A DNA stretch of 64,000 nucleotides from Octopus sinensis (GCF_006345805.1 NC_042997.1:34534001-34598000), one strand, 5' to 3'. Shown: positions 13,975 through 28,255, counted from the stretch's first letter. Numbers and translations are program-made. The notes: generated by a model not told the origin, from the sequence alone.

Positions 13975-15060
13975 AATGATAAACCTCTCAATAGTTAAGC
14001 ATAGATATTCTCTTTTTCGCTGATCTTCAGCTTTATGTTAACATCTGCTGGGCAGCTAATTTCCACAACTGTGCGCAGTTTATCTTCTCCATCCCTGATC
14101 ATTATTAAATCAGGTCTGTTGTGCTTATATATTTTTGAAGCCTTCGCTGCTACATTCCACCTGTATTCCTTCTTATTATGAGTGGCTTTGGCTTCTACTC
14201 TATTCTAGGTTCTTATTTCTTTATCTTCGGGCTTATCCTTTCGATGGATTTCATTATTGAGTGTTCTAGCTTCAACACCATGTCTCATCGGCAGATAATG
14301 CCGTCATGACATTTTCGGACAACTGCTTTCAGTGTGGGTGATATCTTTAGTGTGAACTCCACAAAGTCTGCATCGGTTGTCATATTTTAAGGCTTTACCT
14401 GTATCTCTATCCCTTTTGTGCATCAGGTACTTGGTTCATATATTCCTCTATTGCAAAGGCATACCCTTCAAAGTGGGAGGCAGTAAGCCAGCTATTGGTG
14501 TATGATAAACTGCTTTGATGGTCGATGTTACTATCATCACGGAGCTTTCTACTGATATATCTATGCATTGTATCTTGCTCACATAGGTTCATCCTTTCAT
14601 CTGATGATACGTTGCGGGAGAGTCGTGCGACTTCTTTGGGCATGTATTCTAGGTTATCAGACAAAGAGTGTTGTTTAAGGAGCTGCCTTCCGAGTCTTAT
14701 GATGTTATCAGCCTCATGTATGCAAACTTGGTCAAGGGATGCACTTCGACACTTGGTGGCTAAAAGATGTTGCCGAAGAGATATGATACGACATTCAAAG
14801 GCATTTTGGACCGAGGTTCAACCTCTGCCGCCTTATTTTCGTTTTAGATAGCGGCGATCTACGTCGCTGTTTATGTGGAAATTATATGTGTTTGTTAGTA
14901 TATATCGGGTTTTCATATCGATGGCTCAGATCTCATCAAGCGTCCAATCAAGCAGCTCAAATGTTGGTATTAGTACTGGCTCTGTAAACAGATTGTGGGC
15001 CAGTGTTTTATTGAATGCAGAGAGTTCTGACGTCCAAATTTTCTTTATTCGGCTCTAATA
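13975..15060 (-). mobile_element. R4/Dong-like non-LTR retrotransposon relic (RT thumb, CCHC knuckle, RLE)
   Basis: Hand translation with stops and frameshifts: KIWTSELSAFNKTLAHN...DWTLDEI*AIDMKTR...NSDVDRRYLKRK*GGRG; SHFEGYAFAIEE; CRLCGVHTKDITHTESSCPKMS; HNRPDLIMIRDGEDKLRTVVEISCPADVNIKLKISEKEN (PD..E/D RLE). Confidence 0.9.
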
Positions 15061-15089
15061 TTCTTTAGTGATACGTGTTTTGTTACAGG

Positions 15090-16010
15090 TGCCATTGTAA
15101 ATATGTATGTATGTGTGTCTGTAGCAAACACATGGGCCTTTATATGTGTGCATGGGAGCATGTGTGTGTATGTGAACAAATAACTTAGTACGTGCGTTGT
15201 GTGGAGTGATGTGCGTTTCATGTATTTGTGCGTGTGTGTGTGTATACTTGCGTGTGCAAACGCTTGTGTGTAGTAGTTGACGTGTTCTTGTTCGGGTATA
15301 ATATATACATGTGTATGTGTGTGTGACCCTATTGTATGCGTGTATATTATGTATGTTTGTGTGCAAAAGTTGTTTGTGTTCATACGTATGTGCGTTGTGT
15401 ATGCTTGTACATTGCGAATGAATACTGTGTGTTGTGGAGAAATGCATAGAGTTGTGAGGTGGGACAAGTGTGATGAGAGTTAGGGGTTGTAAGGTGGGAT
15501 AGGAGTGAGGGGATGTGAGAAATGGGTAACGGGATTAAGGGATTCGCAGATATTGGTTGCTAGTGTGTGTATGTGGAGTAGCAAGGTGTGTGTGTGTGTG
15601 AATGCATATGCATAGGAGTGTGTGTGGATGTGTGCATACTGGTGTGTGGTGTGTGTAGTGAGATGAACAGTATGTAGTGGTGCTTGTATAGTGCTGTGTG
15701 TGGTGAAGATATTGTTGGAGAGTGTGTGTGGGGGTGTGCATAATGGTATATGATGTGGGTACGGGGAGAAGTTGGGTGCTAGTGTGCATGGAGTGGGAAG
15801 GTGTATGTGGATGTGTGCGTAATGGTGTGTGGTGTGAGTACTGAATTAAAGAGTGTGTATGGGTGTTTGCATAGTGGTACGTGTGGTGAAGGTACTAAGT
15901 TAGGCGGTGTACAGATGTGGGGGCGGAGGGTAGGGGCAGTTGAGGTGGGAGTTGTGTGAGAATCTGTATGGGGTTGGTGTTAGTTGAAGAGAGTTGGCGA
16001 ATTTAAGCCA
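15090..16010. repeat. Degenerate TG-rich low-complexity tract
   Basis: Strong T/G skew with no clean period. Confidence 0.7.
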
Positions 16011-16040
16011 TATATGTGTGTGGTGTATGTCTGCGAGCGC

Positions 16041-16086
<46 letters not shown>

Positions 16087-16104
16087 TATATATATACACA
16101 CCTT

Positions 16105-16407
16105 TACGACAACGGTTACGAAGACGAGGGTCCCAGCTGATACGATCAACGGAACAGCCTACTCGTGAAATTAACGTGCAAGTGACTGAGCAATCCACAG
16201 ACACGTGTACCCCTAACGTAGTTCTCAGGGAGATTCAGCGTGACACAGAGTGTGACAAGGCCGGCCCCTTGAAATACAGGTACAACTCACTTTTGCCAGC
16301 TGAGTGGACTGGAACAATACGAAATAAATTGTCTTGCTTAAGGACACAACGCGTCACCGGGAATCGAACTCACGACCTTACAATCGTGAGCCGAATGCCC
16401 TAACCAC
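16105..16407 (-). mobile_element. SINE family D (head D + tail 1), slightly 5'-truncated
   Basis: Collinear with 8535-8847. Confidence 0.9.
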
Positions 16408-17467
16408 ACACATGCATACAAGTATACAAATACATAGTATACTGTGATAGCTCGTTCGTCAGTTGGATGCTGCCCTAGTTGCTACAGGCAAATACTATAC
16501 GATTACAAGGCTATCTGTCTCACACTTTAGTTCCACATAATGTATTCATTTTCAAATTACGATCGTGGCAACTGTTCTTGCATGAGTATACCAAAAGGCT
16601 GAAAGGATTACCTGATATTGTAGCACCGTCTATCTTGGCATGTGTGACCGGGTCATAAAATATCAACAAAATATTTGTTTTCCATTATGGCTTCTAGATC
16701 AGTATGATGAAATATTGCCATCTACACCCGTTGCAGGCATTTGTCTCCTGCCATGAAAGCCATAAAAACGAAGGCAATATATTTCATTCATAACCCACTT
16801 GAAACATGAACGACAGCATGAAATTAACCACACTCACAAATGTTTAATGTGAACCAGTAGCGTTCTTAAACGATCTGATTTAAAGCACACATACATACTC
16901 ACGAATGTAAGAAGAGGGATATTAATATTAACCCGACATATTTTGTCTATGTTATCGAAAGGGCGCGCTCAACGCAATGTGTGTTTATTCAGAGCGCAAT
17001 ATATAGAAATGCTAATAAACAGAGATCAGTCTAATCCTTATATATATTCCAATAAGTATTTCAGTGGTTTATTTGCGCACCGAATCAGTCTCTTTCTCGC
17101 TTTTCTTTCAACACGCTCACACAGATACCGACAGGTGCACTCACACATATGTTCGATGGTGGCGTATTAGTTTACGATGAAAATATTGCCAAAATTAAAT
17201 CAGAATAAGGACAATGTGACAAAATAGATTTTTTTTTTTCGTCAGAGTGGGAAACCAATTACAACTGTTGTCTTGCCGACGCCCCTCATAAATTCAACCC
17301 CTTTAGTCGAAGGAGATGAGAAGTTATTAGAATGATGTATTTGTTTATCTATTTAGTGTTAATTCAAAATTATTCGTCGACCGCCAAAGAAGCTAAAGAT
17401 TACTCTCACAAATCTTACAAATATCATATTAATGTATATACGAGTATGTGCAAGAACACACACACAC

Positions 17468-17580
<113 letters not shown>

Positions 17581-17964
17581 CGTACATTTATGATATTTTC
17601 AGGAGATGCTAAGGCATGATTAATGAAATTATAAATGAATAGTAAAGAATATGAGAAAGCAAACAGAAATAATGCGAATTTGTGTTTAAAATCGGGTCAA
17701 AACCTAATTCAATGAAGATCAATGCAAAGTTGATTAAAGTAGAACAGCTGTCAGAAAAGTTAAAATGCCAAAATATTATTCTATAGAAATACTGCAGCTG
17801 TCCCTCGAATAAGCACACCCACCACACCTGGTAATCCTTCAGTAATAGTGTTTTCATTATTGCTTTTAAACTCGACGTTTTTGTTCTTTTCATCTAAACT
17901 CCCTCAATTCGTTTTGACCAAATGACTTCTTACTCCAGATAACATTGATGACAATATTGCCACT

Positions 17965-18153
17965 GCTGCTGCTGATGATGATGATGTTGTTGCTACTGCT
18001 GCTGTTTGTTGTTGTTGTTGTTGTTGTTGTTGTTGCTGCTGCTGTTGCTACTATTACTACTATTTCTCCTACTTCTAGCAGTAACCCTTGTTATTGGTAG
18101 TTATGACGATGGTGATGATAATGACAATGACAATAATAATAATAATAATGATG

Positions 18154-18208
<55 letters not shown>

Positions 18209-18250
18209 TAATGATAATAATAATAATAATAACAATGGTAATACTAATAT
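17965..18250. repeat. Compound (TGC)/(TGT)/(AAT)n microsatellite
   Basis: Direct reading. Confidence 0.95.
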
Positions 18251-19187
18251 TAAAATAATGAGGAGATATATCCTTTTCAGACATATCTAATCGATCTCAG
18301 AGAAATCTTGGAGCAAATATCATAGATTTCGATTATTAAGATATTTGAATTTTGCTCTTTTTGACCTTTCGCCAGTTCTTGGAGTCTGGCCATTCACTTT
18401 TAAGACTATCCATCATTCATCTTGTCATAGAAATAATACCTGAAGTGAACTATTGAGAACCAGGGCTAGATACGTCATATAAAAAGATCATTTTGATAAG
18501 CTGTAAAAATATTGATATTCGGATTTACAAACCTCAGCAAACAGTGATTGTTTTGGCTTTAAATCCCTACCGAAACGAAGTGTAAAGATAACCATATTGA
18601 ACACATTCTTATTCTCTATAATTATGTATACGTGGCAGTTTTGCTTTTTCAGTTATCATTATTCATACAGTCTTTATAAATCGGTTTATACTAGAGAACG
18701 TAGTCTGATAGATATCTATTTCTAAATTAATATTTATATAAACTCGTATTCATATCTTTCGAAAAGCAAGGTAAATGGTTCATATTTACGTTCACATTTT
18801 TTGTTTGTTTCGTTTTTTATCAGTTTCGGTCCTGATGTTGTGTGCAAGAGCTTAACTCGCTAGGACAAGTGGAATACCATTTAGATACAAAGAGCGAATT
18901 GCAAGTCCATAAGCATCAACGGTATAAATGTGCATCGAAAATAAATTTAAAAAAACCCAAATGAACGTGACAGTTTCTTCTTTCATATCAGTTTTGACAG
19001 AGGTCGTTAGCAGATGACTTCAAATTTCAATACGAGTGAAATTTTATCTTACAGAGTAGTAATATGAGATGTTCTGAGTAAAATTGTAACTACAGATTAG
19101 CTGTGTCAGCTGTTTGTTAAAATTATTTCATACAAAATTCTACACACATGTAATAATTATATTTGTTATTATTAATCGGGTCTCCAA

Positions 19188-19406
19188 GGTGGTGAGCTGG
19201 CAGAGTCGTGAGCATGTCGGACAAAATGCTTAGCGACATGTAGTTTGTCTTTCCATTCTGAGTTCAGATTCCGCTGATATCGACTTTACCTTTCATCCTC
19301 TTGGGGGTCGATAAAATAAGTATCATTTGAACACTGGGATCAATTTTATCGACTTACCATCTTCCCCAAAAATGCTGGTCTTCTGTCAAAACTTGAAACC
19401 ATTATT
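19188..19406 (+). mobile_element. SINE family A, older-tail subtype
   Basis: Head GGTGAGCTGGCAGA, B-box GAGTTCAGATTCC, central CCTTTCATCC..GGGGTCGATAAAATAAGTA, and tail CCCCAAAA..TTGAAACCATTATT. Confidence 0.8.
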
Positions 19407-19606
19407 AATCTGCACTCTATTTGCGCTTATATTCACATTTACTCTAAATGTTAGAATTATCTTTTTTCTATACGATGCAATGTTATTCCATATTAAGCAC
19501 TTAAGTTTATTCCGAGATCAGCAATTTTCAAAATACTCCGATGTATTTTTTTTATTCCAAAAGATATGTATATCTCTGAATCATAACACGTATGCTTTAG
19601 TAACGC

Positions 19607-19679
19607 TTCTTCTTCTTCTTCTTCTTCTTCTTCTTCTTCTTCTTCTTCTTCTTCTTCTTCTTCTCTTCTTCTTCTTCTT

Positions 19680-19710
<31 letters not shown>

Positions 19711-19750
19711 TTATTATTATTATTATTATTATCATCATCATCATCATCAT
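19607..19750. repeat. (CTT)n-(ATT)n-(ATC)n compound microsatellite
   Basis: Direct reading. Confidence 0.95.
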
Positions 19751-19936
19751 CAGAGTTGTTAGCGCGATGGAGAAATCTGTTTTCTGCAGTTGATCCGACT
19801 CGTTATGTTTCTAGTTCAATTTTCGTCGAGGTACATTTCGCCGTTCATTCTTTCGGAGTCGATATAATATATTCCCAGTAAATCAGTGGCGGGGGGCGGG
19901 GGTCTAGGTAATCAACAATCCTCCTCCCCTAATAAA

Positions 19937-20412
19937 GGCGGCGAGCTGGCAGAAACGTTAGCACACCGGGCGAAATGCTTAGCAGTATTTCGCCTGTCTT
20001 TACGTTCTGAGTTCAAATTCCGCCGAGGTCGACTTTGCCTTTCATCCTTTCGGGGTCGATAAATTAAATACCAGTAACGCACTGGGGCCGATATAATCGA
20101 CTTAATCCGTTTGTCTGTCCTTGTTTGTCCTCTTGTGGGTTGTAAAGAAATAGGTATTTCGTCTGCCGTTACGTTCCGAGTTCAAATTCCGCCGAGGTCG
20201 ACTTTGCCTTTCATCCTTTCGGGGTCGATAAATTAAGTACCAGTAACGCACTGGGGTCGATGTAATCGACTTAATCCGCTTGTCTGTCCTTGTTTGTCCT
20301 CTCTATTTAGCCCCTTGTGGGTAGTAAAGAAATAGGTATTTCGTATGTCTTTACGTTCTGAGTTCAAATTCTGCCGAAGTCGACTTTACATTTCTTCGTT
20401 TCCGGGTCGATA
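19937..20412 (+). mobile_element. SINE family A nested/tandem array (one head, three bodies)
   Basis: Head at 19937. Junctions GAAATA|GGTATTTCG at 20153 and 20335 give a period of 182 bp. The third body is more degenerate. Confidence 0.9.
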
Positions 20413-20791
20413 TGATGCAATATTATTCCTTATTATGAACTTACTCAAGTTTATTCCGAGATCAGCAGTTTTCGAAATATTCCGATGTATTTTTTTTTAT
20501 TCCAATAGATATATAGATCTTTGAATCATAACACGTATGTTTTAGTACTGCACGAATATACGTCTGAGGCAACAACTACTTTACGGCTGGTAAATGTGAA
20601 TCTCAAATCAGTTTCCGTGACATGCAGAGTAGAATGGAATGTCTACTCGGCAAAAGATTTAGTATTCATCTCTGTTTCACTCATCCTTCCCCCTAGTGGA
20701 AAATATAAGAAACCACGACGACGACGACCACCACCATCACCACCAATACCACCACCACCAATGCCATCATTATCATCATCATCATTACTTT

Positions 20792-21763
20792 TCAGTAGTT
20801 TTATTTTTATAGCGTGCTTTCACTTCACTACCGAGCGCAGCTCTGTATGCCTTGGGTATGTGCTGTGGTTTGCTGTGATGCTCTTATGGTTGCTGTATTG
20901 AAAGTGTTCTGCGTAGGATGTGTGCAGTACCCAGTAGTGCAATTTTCTGTATGTTATATATATTTGTAAGTCCTGGTGTTTTTGTTATGTATTTGTCTGA
21001 ATATTTTTTTATCATACCTAATGCGCCTAGTATGATAGGAATTGTTTCTGTTTTTAGAGTCCACGCTCGAGTTACCTCTATTTCCAGGTCTTATCATTTT
21101 GAAAGTTTCTCCATTTCTTTTAAAGAAACGTTGTCATCTACTGGTATTGATTCATCAATTAGAAAGTATTTTTTTCTTCATGATCTCTGACAACTATTTC
21201 TTTATCTGTGTGTATTGACATATCCCAGAGTATGGTTGCTTTCTCGTTTTCTGTGACCTTTTCTGGTGTGTGCCTATACCATCTTTTTCTGTTGTTATTC
21301 CATAGTGTTAGCATAGCTTCCAGTGTATGTAGGTCCCAACTCTGTTGTGTCTGTGAATATATTCCTTCTTAGCCAGGACTGGGCAGCCAGAGATAATATG
21401 ATTTATTGTTTCTTGTCCATCTTCACATATTCTGCAGTTATTTGTTATATTTCTTTTCATTATATGTTTTTGGTAATTTCTGGAGAGGAGCTTGTGCTGC
21501 AATTAAAAATCCATCTGTCTCTGCTTTGAGTCCTGAGCTTCTCAACCACTGCTGAAGTTTTTCTTTGTCTATTTCTTTTGCGTTTAGTTTAGTCCAGTAT
21601 TTGCCATGAACGGGCTTTTCTAGGTATCGTTTTCTCATGGTCTATTGTTGTTCTAGTTTTAGTTTGTATTTCATTTGTTTTATAGCTTTTGTTGTTTCTT
21701 CTTCGTATTTATTAGGTAGTATGGTTTCTTATTTGTATTTGTCAGCTTCCTTAAATACTGAGA
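20792..21763 (-). mobile_element. R4/Dong-like LINE, 5'-truncated, 3' end intact
   Basis: KPVHGKYWTKLNAKEIDKEK..QWLRSSGLKAETDGFLIAAQ; CRICEDGQETINHIISGCPVLAKKEYIHRHNRVGTYIHWKLC (CCHC); the RLE tail IPIILGALGMIKKYSDKYITKTPGLTNIYNIQKIALLGTAHILRRTLSIQ*; then a short 3'UTR running into (GAT)/(GGT)n. Confidence 0.92.
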
Positions 21764-21766
21764 ACG

Positions 21767-21847
21767 GGGACATGGTCAACTGGTTATGGTCAAACAACTG
21801 ACAAGTAAATCTGTGGTATTGAGCAGAATATTTGCTGTAGCCCATCT
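21767..21847 (-). repeat. 81-bp fragment of the repeat at 52621-53088
   Basis: Its reverse complement matches 52627-52707 (AGATGGGCTAC...CATGTCCC). It abuts the LINE truncation point on one side and (TTG)n on the other. Strand is relative to the 52621 copy. Confidence 0.85.
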
Positions 21848-23041
21848 ATTGTTGTTGTTGTTGTTGTCGTCGTCGTTGACATTGTTGTTGTTGTTGTTGT
21901 TAGCACGACAGGAGAAAAGAAAGATAAATTTTTCGCGTAAAAATTGTAGATATTAAAGTTTTAAAGTTTTCTAGAGATGTTCGTTTGTAAGTCTGATCAG
22001 AGAAGACAGTAGTGTATTATTATTATTATTATCAATGATATTAAGACGCCAATTTGATTTTTGTACGTACCCGACGCATGTGTCATGCTTAAGAAATTTT
22101 GTTGCTTGAATTAGAATTTCAATTCGATCTCTAGTAATTTCTGGAAGAGATTTGAAACCGCATGCTCACTGGTCCACCGAAGCGGCAACGATCTTAAAGG
22201 CAAAATTAAGATACTTAAATGTGACGCGTGTCGAGCAAGGGAGAGAGGAAGTGAGAAAGAAAGAGAGAGAGTGAGTGAGTGAGAGGGAGTGGCTGAATTC
22301 CTTTCTGTGATTGAACTGAAATTGACCCCTGGCTATTAAAGGATCAACCACATCCACACATACAGCACACACATACACAGCACACACACACACATTTGTT
22401 TTAGGTTTTCTGCCCATTTGAATTCGGCTAGATAACGTCTTATGTTCCGAAAACTGAATTTCGAATTTGTTTTTATTATAATATTACACTTCAGCTAAAA
22501 GAAAACACCTTTTGGCTTTCGAATACAACCTTTTCTTTCTCTTTCTATATTTTTGTTAAGTTACAATTTCTCTGTTTTGGTAAGAATTTTTCCAATTTCT
22601 TTTTTCTTTTATCAAATAATATAGGTAAGTGCTAAAAAGATAATTAATTTCATAGAGCCAAACAAAATCAAAAATATTCTATTTTTTCCCTTTCCTTAAT
22701 ACTAACAAGAGCATTGTATGTGAGGGATTTAGCTATTATTTTTAGCAAATTTAACAACCACTCACAGTTGTTCAGTCGACTCCTTTGTTGATGTGTATAA
22801 GCAAACAAAAACTAAAAGACACACACAGCATGCCCACCGTCAAATGACTGAAACAAGTAAAAGAATAAAGGAATACGAGAAAAAAACGTTCCGTACCATT
22901 AAACCAAGAGGATTCTCTGAATATGTACGATGTATTTTAAGGCTAAATAGTAATTCTATTTACGTTTGTGTAACTGAGATATTTTGGTTGGATTATTTAG
23001 TTATCGGTTTTATCCTTCTTTATATATTCTGCAACTGTCGC

Positions 23042-23451
23042 AATATACTTTTCTACTATAGTCGCAAGTGCTGAAATTTTTTGGAGTGGTGGTTGGGGTG
23101 GGGCAGTTAATTAGATCGACACCAGTATGCAACTGGTACTTAATTTATCGATCCCGAAAGGCAAAGCCGACCTCGGCAGAATTTGAACTCAGAACATTAA
23201 AGACAGACGAATTACCTATTTCTATTTCTTTACTACCCACAAGGGGCTAAATACAGAAAGGACAAACAAGGACAGACAAACGGATTAAGTCGATTATATC
23301 AACCCCAGTGCGTAACTGGTACTTATTTACTCGACCCCGAAAGGATAAAAGGCAAAGTCGACCTCGGCGGAATTTGAACTCAGAATGTAACGGCAGACAA
23401 AATACCGCTAAGCACTTCGTTCGGCGTGCTAACGATTCTGCCTGCTCGCCG
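23042..23451 (-). mobile_element. SINE family A composite (young unit joined to older body and tail)
   Basis: The young unit 23217-23451 joins at AAATA|GGTAATTCGTCT to an older body with the old tail (23042-23216). Confidence 0.85.
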
Positions 23452-23482
23452 TTTTTAACTGTCATAATATAGAAACATAAGG

Positions 23483-23685
23483 CGGCGAGCTGGCAGAAAC
23501 GTTAGCACTCCGGGCGAAATGCTTAGCGGTGTTTTGTCTATCTTTACGTCCTGAGTTCAAATTCCGCCGAGGTCGATTTGCCTTTCATCCTTTACGGGTC
23601 CATAAATTAAGTACCAGTTTCGTACTGAGGTCGACCTAATTCACTAGTCCCCTCGCCAAAAATTTCGGGTCGGGTCCAGCTAGTT
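23483..23685 (+). mobile_element. SINE family A, older-tail subtype
   Basis: GGCGGCGAGCTGGCAGAAACG head and GAGTTCAAATTCC B box; ends in (TTA)n. Confidence 0.85.
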
Positions 23686-23699
23686 TATTATTATTATTA

Positions 23700-23736
<37 letters not shown>

Positions 23737-23739
23737 GAG

Positions 23740-24086
23740 AAAGCTGAACCGTTATCGCCTCGAACAAATTGCTTAGCGGCATTTCTTCTAACTCTTTACG
23801 TTCTGTGTTCTGACTCGTCAAGTTCGATTTGCGTCTCATCCTTTCGTAATCAATAAAATAAGTACCAGTTCAGCAATCGACTGTGCCCCTCCCCATAAAA
23901 TTATTAGCGTTCTGCTAAAATTTGAAACAATTATAATTATTACTGATATAATATTGATTTCAAAGTTTGGCTCAAGGTCAACCATTTTAGGGAAGGGGTA
24001 AGTCGCTTACCTCAACGCCAGTGTTCAATTGGTACTTATTTTATCGACCCCGATAGGATGAAAGACAAAGTCAGCCTCGGAGGAAT
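23740..24086. mobile_element. Two degenerate family A SINE copies (23740-23935 +; 23956-24086 -)
   Basis: Central domain is recognisable. The minus copy is bracketed by a 19-bp duplication, TTATTACTGATATA(A/G)TATT (23937-23955 and 24087-24105). Confidence 0.7.
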
Positions 24087-26730
24087 TTATTACTGATATA
24101 GTATTATTTTCATGTAATTCTGGTAGGGCTTTCTAGCGCTAGTTATCGTGGATCTCATTATGAGAGACTAAGAATGTATTCTCTAATACGAAATTGCTTA
24201 CGGATAAATAAGTAGATTTATTCGATATAAGCTTAGTCGTTTACACTGAGTACCATCGAAAGGGACCGCCGCTGTATCCTTCCAGCAGTGATTTAATATA
24301 CTGTCTACTTAGTCTATTGAAACACTTCATAAAATGTATTTGCTTTCAATGCATGTGTGTTCAGTAAGTTATTCATGATAGACAATAGTTTGAACTTTGA
24401 AACGTTATGCTAAAACTGGAAGCACTGCCAAGTTGGCTATTGTATCAGAGTGAAAATGCAACCAAGACCTAGGGAAAACATAGATATACAAGATTTAGAA
24501 ATATAAACAGAATTTTGACTTATGAGAGCCAAAAGTTTTAGTAGTATTGCACAGCAATTTTATTACCGAGAAGGTTAAATAGTGTGTCTATATAATAATG
24601 TGAAGGAATGTAGCTTACATTTTAAAATTTGTGGGAACATAATTAAATCTTTTGGGATATATTTCCTCTGATATTTTTTGAAATTTAAAGTTGTTGAAAT
24701 ACGCTTAAAATGTTATAGCTTTTGTCTATGACTGCTGAGAGATCAACAATATTTTAACAACCAATAAATAGATAAAGAAACACAACCACCTAATTTAATA
24801 ACTCTACTTCAAAGTTTTCTATTAAAATCACTAAACTGTCAATTCCCATGGAGCTCTATAAATTTCATTCATGAGTTTCGTATTAACTGAAGATATATTG
24901 GATATTATGAGACAAAATGAATTAGTAAAACAAATATTCCCTTTGACCTTAGATTATTAGTTGTGGGTTTGAGACAGCAAAATGATATTGATACTCTACT
25001 GATATTTAATAATCTTCGATATAGTGTAGTAGGATATTCTCTGTAAAGTTATAAATGACCGCTAAAGAATATATAAAAAAAAAAAATTCTATTCTGACTC
25101 GAGTGAAGCGAATGTTTGGAATTAATAGTGTGTGGTGAGTAAACGGCTTGTAGTCATCTATGAATACAAGCTAGAAGTGAAAGAAGAAGTACTTCAGTAT
25201 ATGGTTCAAAATATTATACTAAATACAATTTCCTGTTAAAGTTTGAAACAAAAGTGATGAAACATAAATTCTTCAGCTTTGAAATATTTCATTTCAAAAT
25301 TCAGTGCTTTATTTCAACTCGTCAATATCTTGATCACTGCAGAATGTGAAACATTAACAGCAACAACAACAACAACAAAAAAGAAGAAAGAAAACGCACC
25401 CATCCCAGTTTTAATGGGTAAAATTTGTAACATGTTTGTACTTAATGTTACTACAGTGACTACATTTTGTAAAAAAAAACAAAAAAAAACATTGTTAGTA
25501 ACAGATTGAAAAAACATACTTAAGCCACTGTTGGTTGAGACGACCAGACACCTGTTCTATGAGTTATGATGTCATTGTAGGAGTCGTCACAGTTAAAATA
25601 TTCATTATGGATCGGTGTTTGTTCTGCAGTTTACAAAAGAATCTATTGATAATTGACTTGAAAGAATTCTGATTAGTAAGTAGTAAACTTGTTGCTGATG
25701 AGAATGTAGTGAAATTGTTTTATTTCAACTAAATTTTATTTGCCATCAAAATGTTTCTCTGTCATTACTATGAGAAAACAGCATTCTAATTACAGTTTTT
25801 CGCTACAGACTTTCAATACCAATCATTGAAGAAGAATTTAATGTTTTAAGTGAATCTGCACTCAGTAAATTACCTACTACCTGAAATTTAATATTCCTGC
25901 GACATTCTTCTCAATAAAGTTCATATCTTTTCGTTTTATGAGTACCTTGTTCATTTACAGAATCATGTCACAAGTAGGTAACTACTCTAGCCAGCCATAC
26001 AGACCATCGATTTACACATTTCGCTTTCAATATCTTAGAGGTGATCGAAACATTGATACAGTCGTAAACGAGCAGCGACTTCTTTGATCAGTTTTTTAAA
26101 TATTTACTCCATGAAATACAGCTTCGATAAAACCAAATCTACACCACACACACCTGACTCTATCTCTTTCCGTCTCTCTCTTTCTCTTTTTGTCTGCCTG
26201 TCCATCTGTCTGCCTGACTGCCTCTCTCTCTCTCTCTCTCTAAAATAAAGAAACTCTCTCAATTGTGTCTAGAGCAATAACACTTTGTTAAAGTTGAAAG
26301 TATCCAGCAGAATGCTGATGCTATATTTGAGAGGGGTCATCTGTCTGTCTCTATGTCTGTTTCTCACTCTTTCTTTCTCTCTCACTCTCTCTCTCCCTCT
26401 CCCTTTCTCTTTCTGTCTCTCATACACACGCGCACATGCATTATTCTACATTCAACCAAAAGAGAGAAGCCAATTTGATTGGCAAAACTTCAGCCACAAT
26501 GGTACAACAATGACAATATTGCAACACACCGCGCCCTCCATCACCCTCTCCTTCCCTCTCTCATCGTATCCATTCCTCCCTCTCTCTCTTCCTCTCTCTC
26601 TCTCTCGTCTCCCTCCTCTCTTATTTTCTCTCTTCTCATGCAAATATCCACAGTTCCTACTCTTCAAATTAATACATTTTTCTTTCGATAGACAGATATA
26701 GATACATCAATAGATACATATAACTATTTG

Positions 26731-27128
26731 TTTACTTAATTCTTTTACTTGTTTCAGTCATTTGACTGTGGCCATGCTGGAGCACCGCCTTTAGTCGAGC
26801 AAATCGACCCCAGGACTTATTCTTTGTAAGCCTAGTACTTATTTTATCGGTCTCTCTTGCCGAACTGCTAAATAACGGAGACGTAAACACACCAGCATCG
26901 GTTTTCAAGTGCTGTTGGGGGAACAAACACAGACACACAAACATATACATACACACATATATATACGACGGGCTTCTTTCAGTTTCCGTCTACCAAATCC
27001 ACTCACAAGGCATTGGTCGTCCCAAGGCTATAGTAGAAGACATTTACCCAAGGTTCCACGCAGTGGGACTGAACCCAGAAACATGTGGTTGTTAAGCAAG
27101 CTATTTACCACACAGCTACTCCTGCGCC
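26731..27128 (-). mobile_element. SINE family B, full length
   Basis: Reverse complement of the 2218-2760 element, with a shorter internal microsatellite. Confidence 0.9.
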
Positions 27129-28177
27129 TAAGTTATTTAAGGTAACTAGGACCAAAAATCATAGGTAAAAAAAGTACAATCAGCTTTATCTTGTGGACTT
27201 CTCTTCATGAAATGTAAAGCAAAAACGGATGTCACTTAAAATTCTCAACATTTGTCTGTATAGCTTATAGTGTCGAGATTAATTTCATATTCCTGGAGTT
27301 TCTTAAAATTAATTCCAATATTTGCTTTGAGATTCGCGGGCATCACTGGGTATCTTAGCAAATTTTCTCTATGACATCTATTCATAAGTATCAATGGTAG
27401 GGTAGCGTGACAATTTGTTAATTATTTATGAAATTTTAAAGCCGGTGTTTATATTTCGTCTATCATCTGGTATCCTATGATATTTCAATAGTTGAATTAG
27501 TTCTTTTTATTTTAAAAATATTCAGTGTAGTGAGAATTAAAATTTTGATTAGAAATTCTTATGCGCGGAGAAAATGAAAAACGACATTATTAGTTAAATG
27601 ATATGATATTAATCATTTCAACAATTACAGGAGAGAAACAAATGAGGTTTCTTCAGCAAAAATATGCGTCAAATATACGTCACTGTACTTTCTGAATAAG
27701 TCATTAGAGAGTAACAAATAAAATAAACTATATTTTACACGAGTAGGCGTGAAAGATTAAGGCATTAAAAGTAAATCAATGAGGTTAATGACTCGGAGAC
27801 TTTGATGCTCTCTAAATATTGTTGATGGTATGAACTGATGTGTTAGTACGTCAGATAGTGAATCTATTCTTGATGAGTCATATATATATATATAACTTGC
27901 TGAGGCGTATATTCTAGAGAGACGTCGGTGTGACATATGATGCCTTAAAAAATAAACTACAAATAGTTATTTATGAAAATAAATCAATGAAGCTCTACAA
28001 ACACTAATATATAGAATAAAACAAAACCCTAATAAATAATCGGTTTATAAACAAGTCAGTAGACCAAGCAATAGATCAATACGGAAACAAATTCAGCACA
28101 GCAAATATAACAAACGACGTCCGGTGAAAAAAGCAGTTCATATGTAAAGTGTATTACATGAATCAAATATTCCCTGG

Positions 28178-28255
<78 letters not shown>

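Noticed and set aside
16605-16750. Minus-strand donor CAG|GTAAT with upstream peptide YDPVTHAKIDGATIS
   Set aside because: There is an in-frame stop before any usable acceptor.
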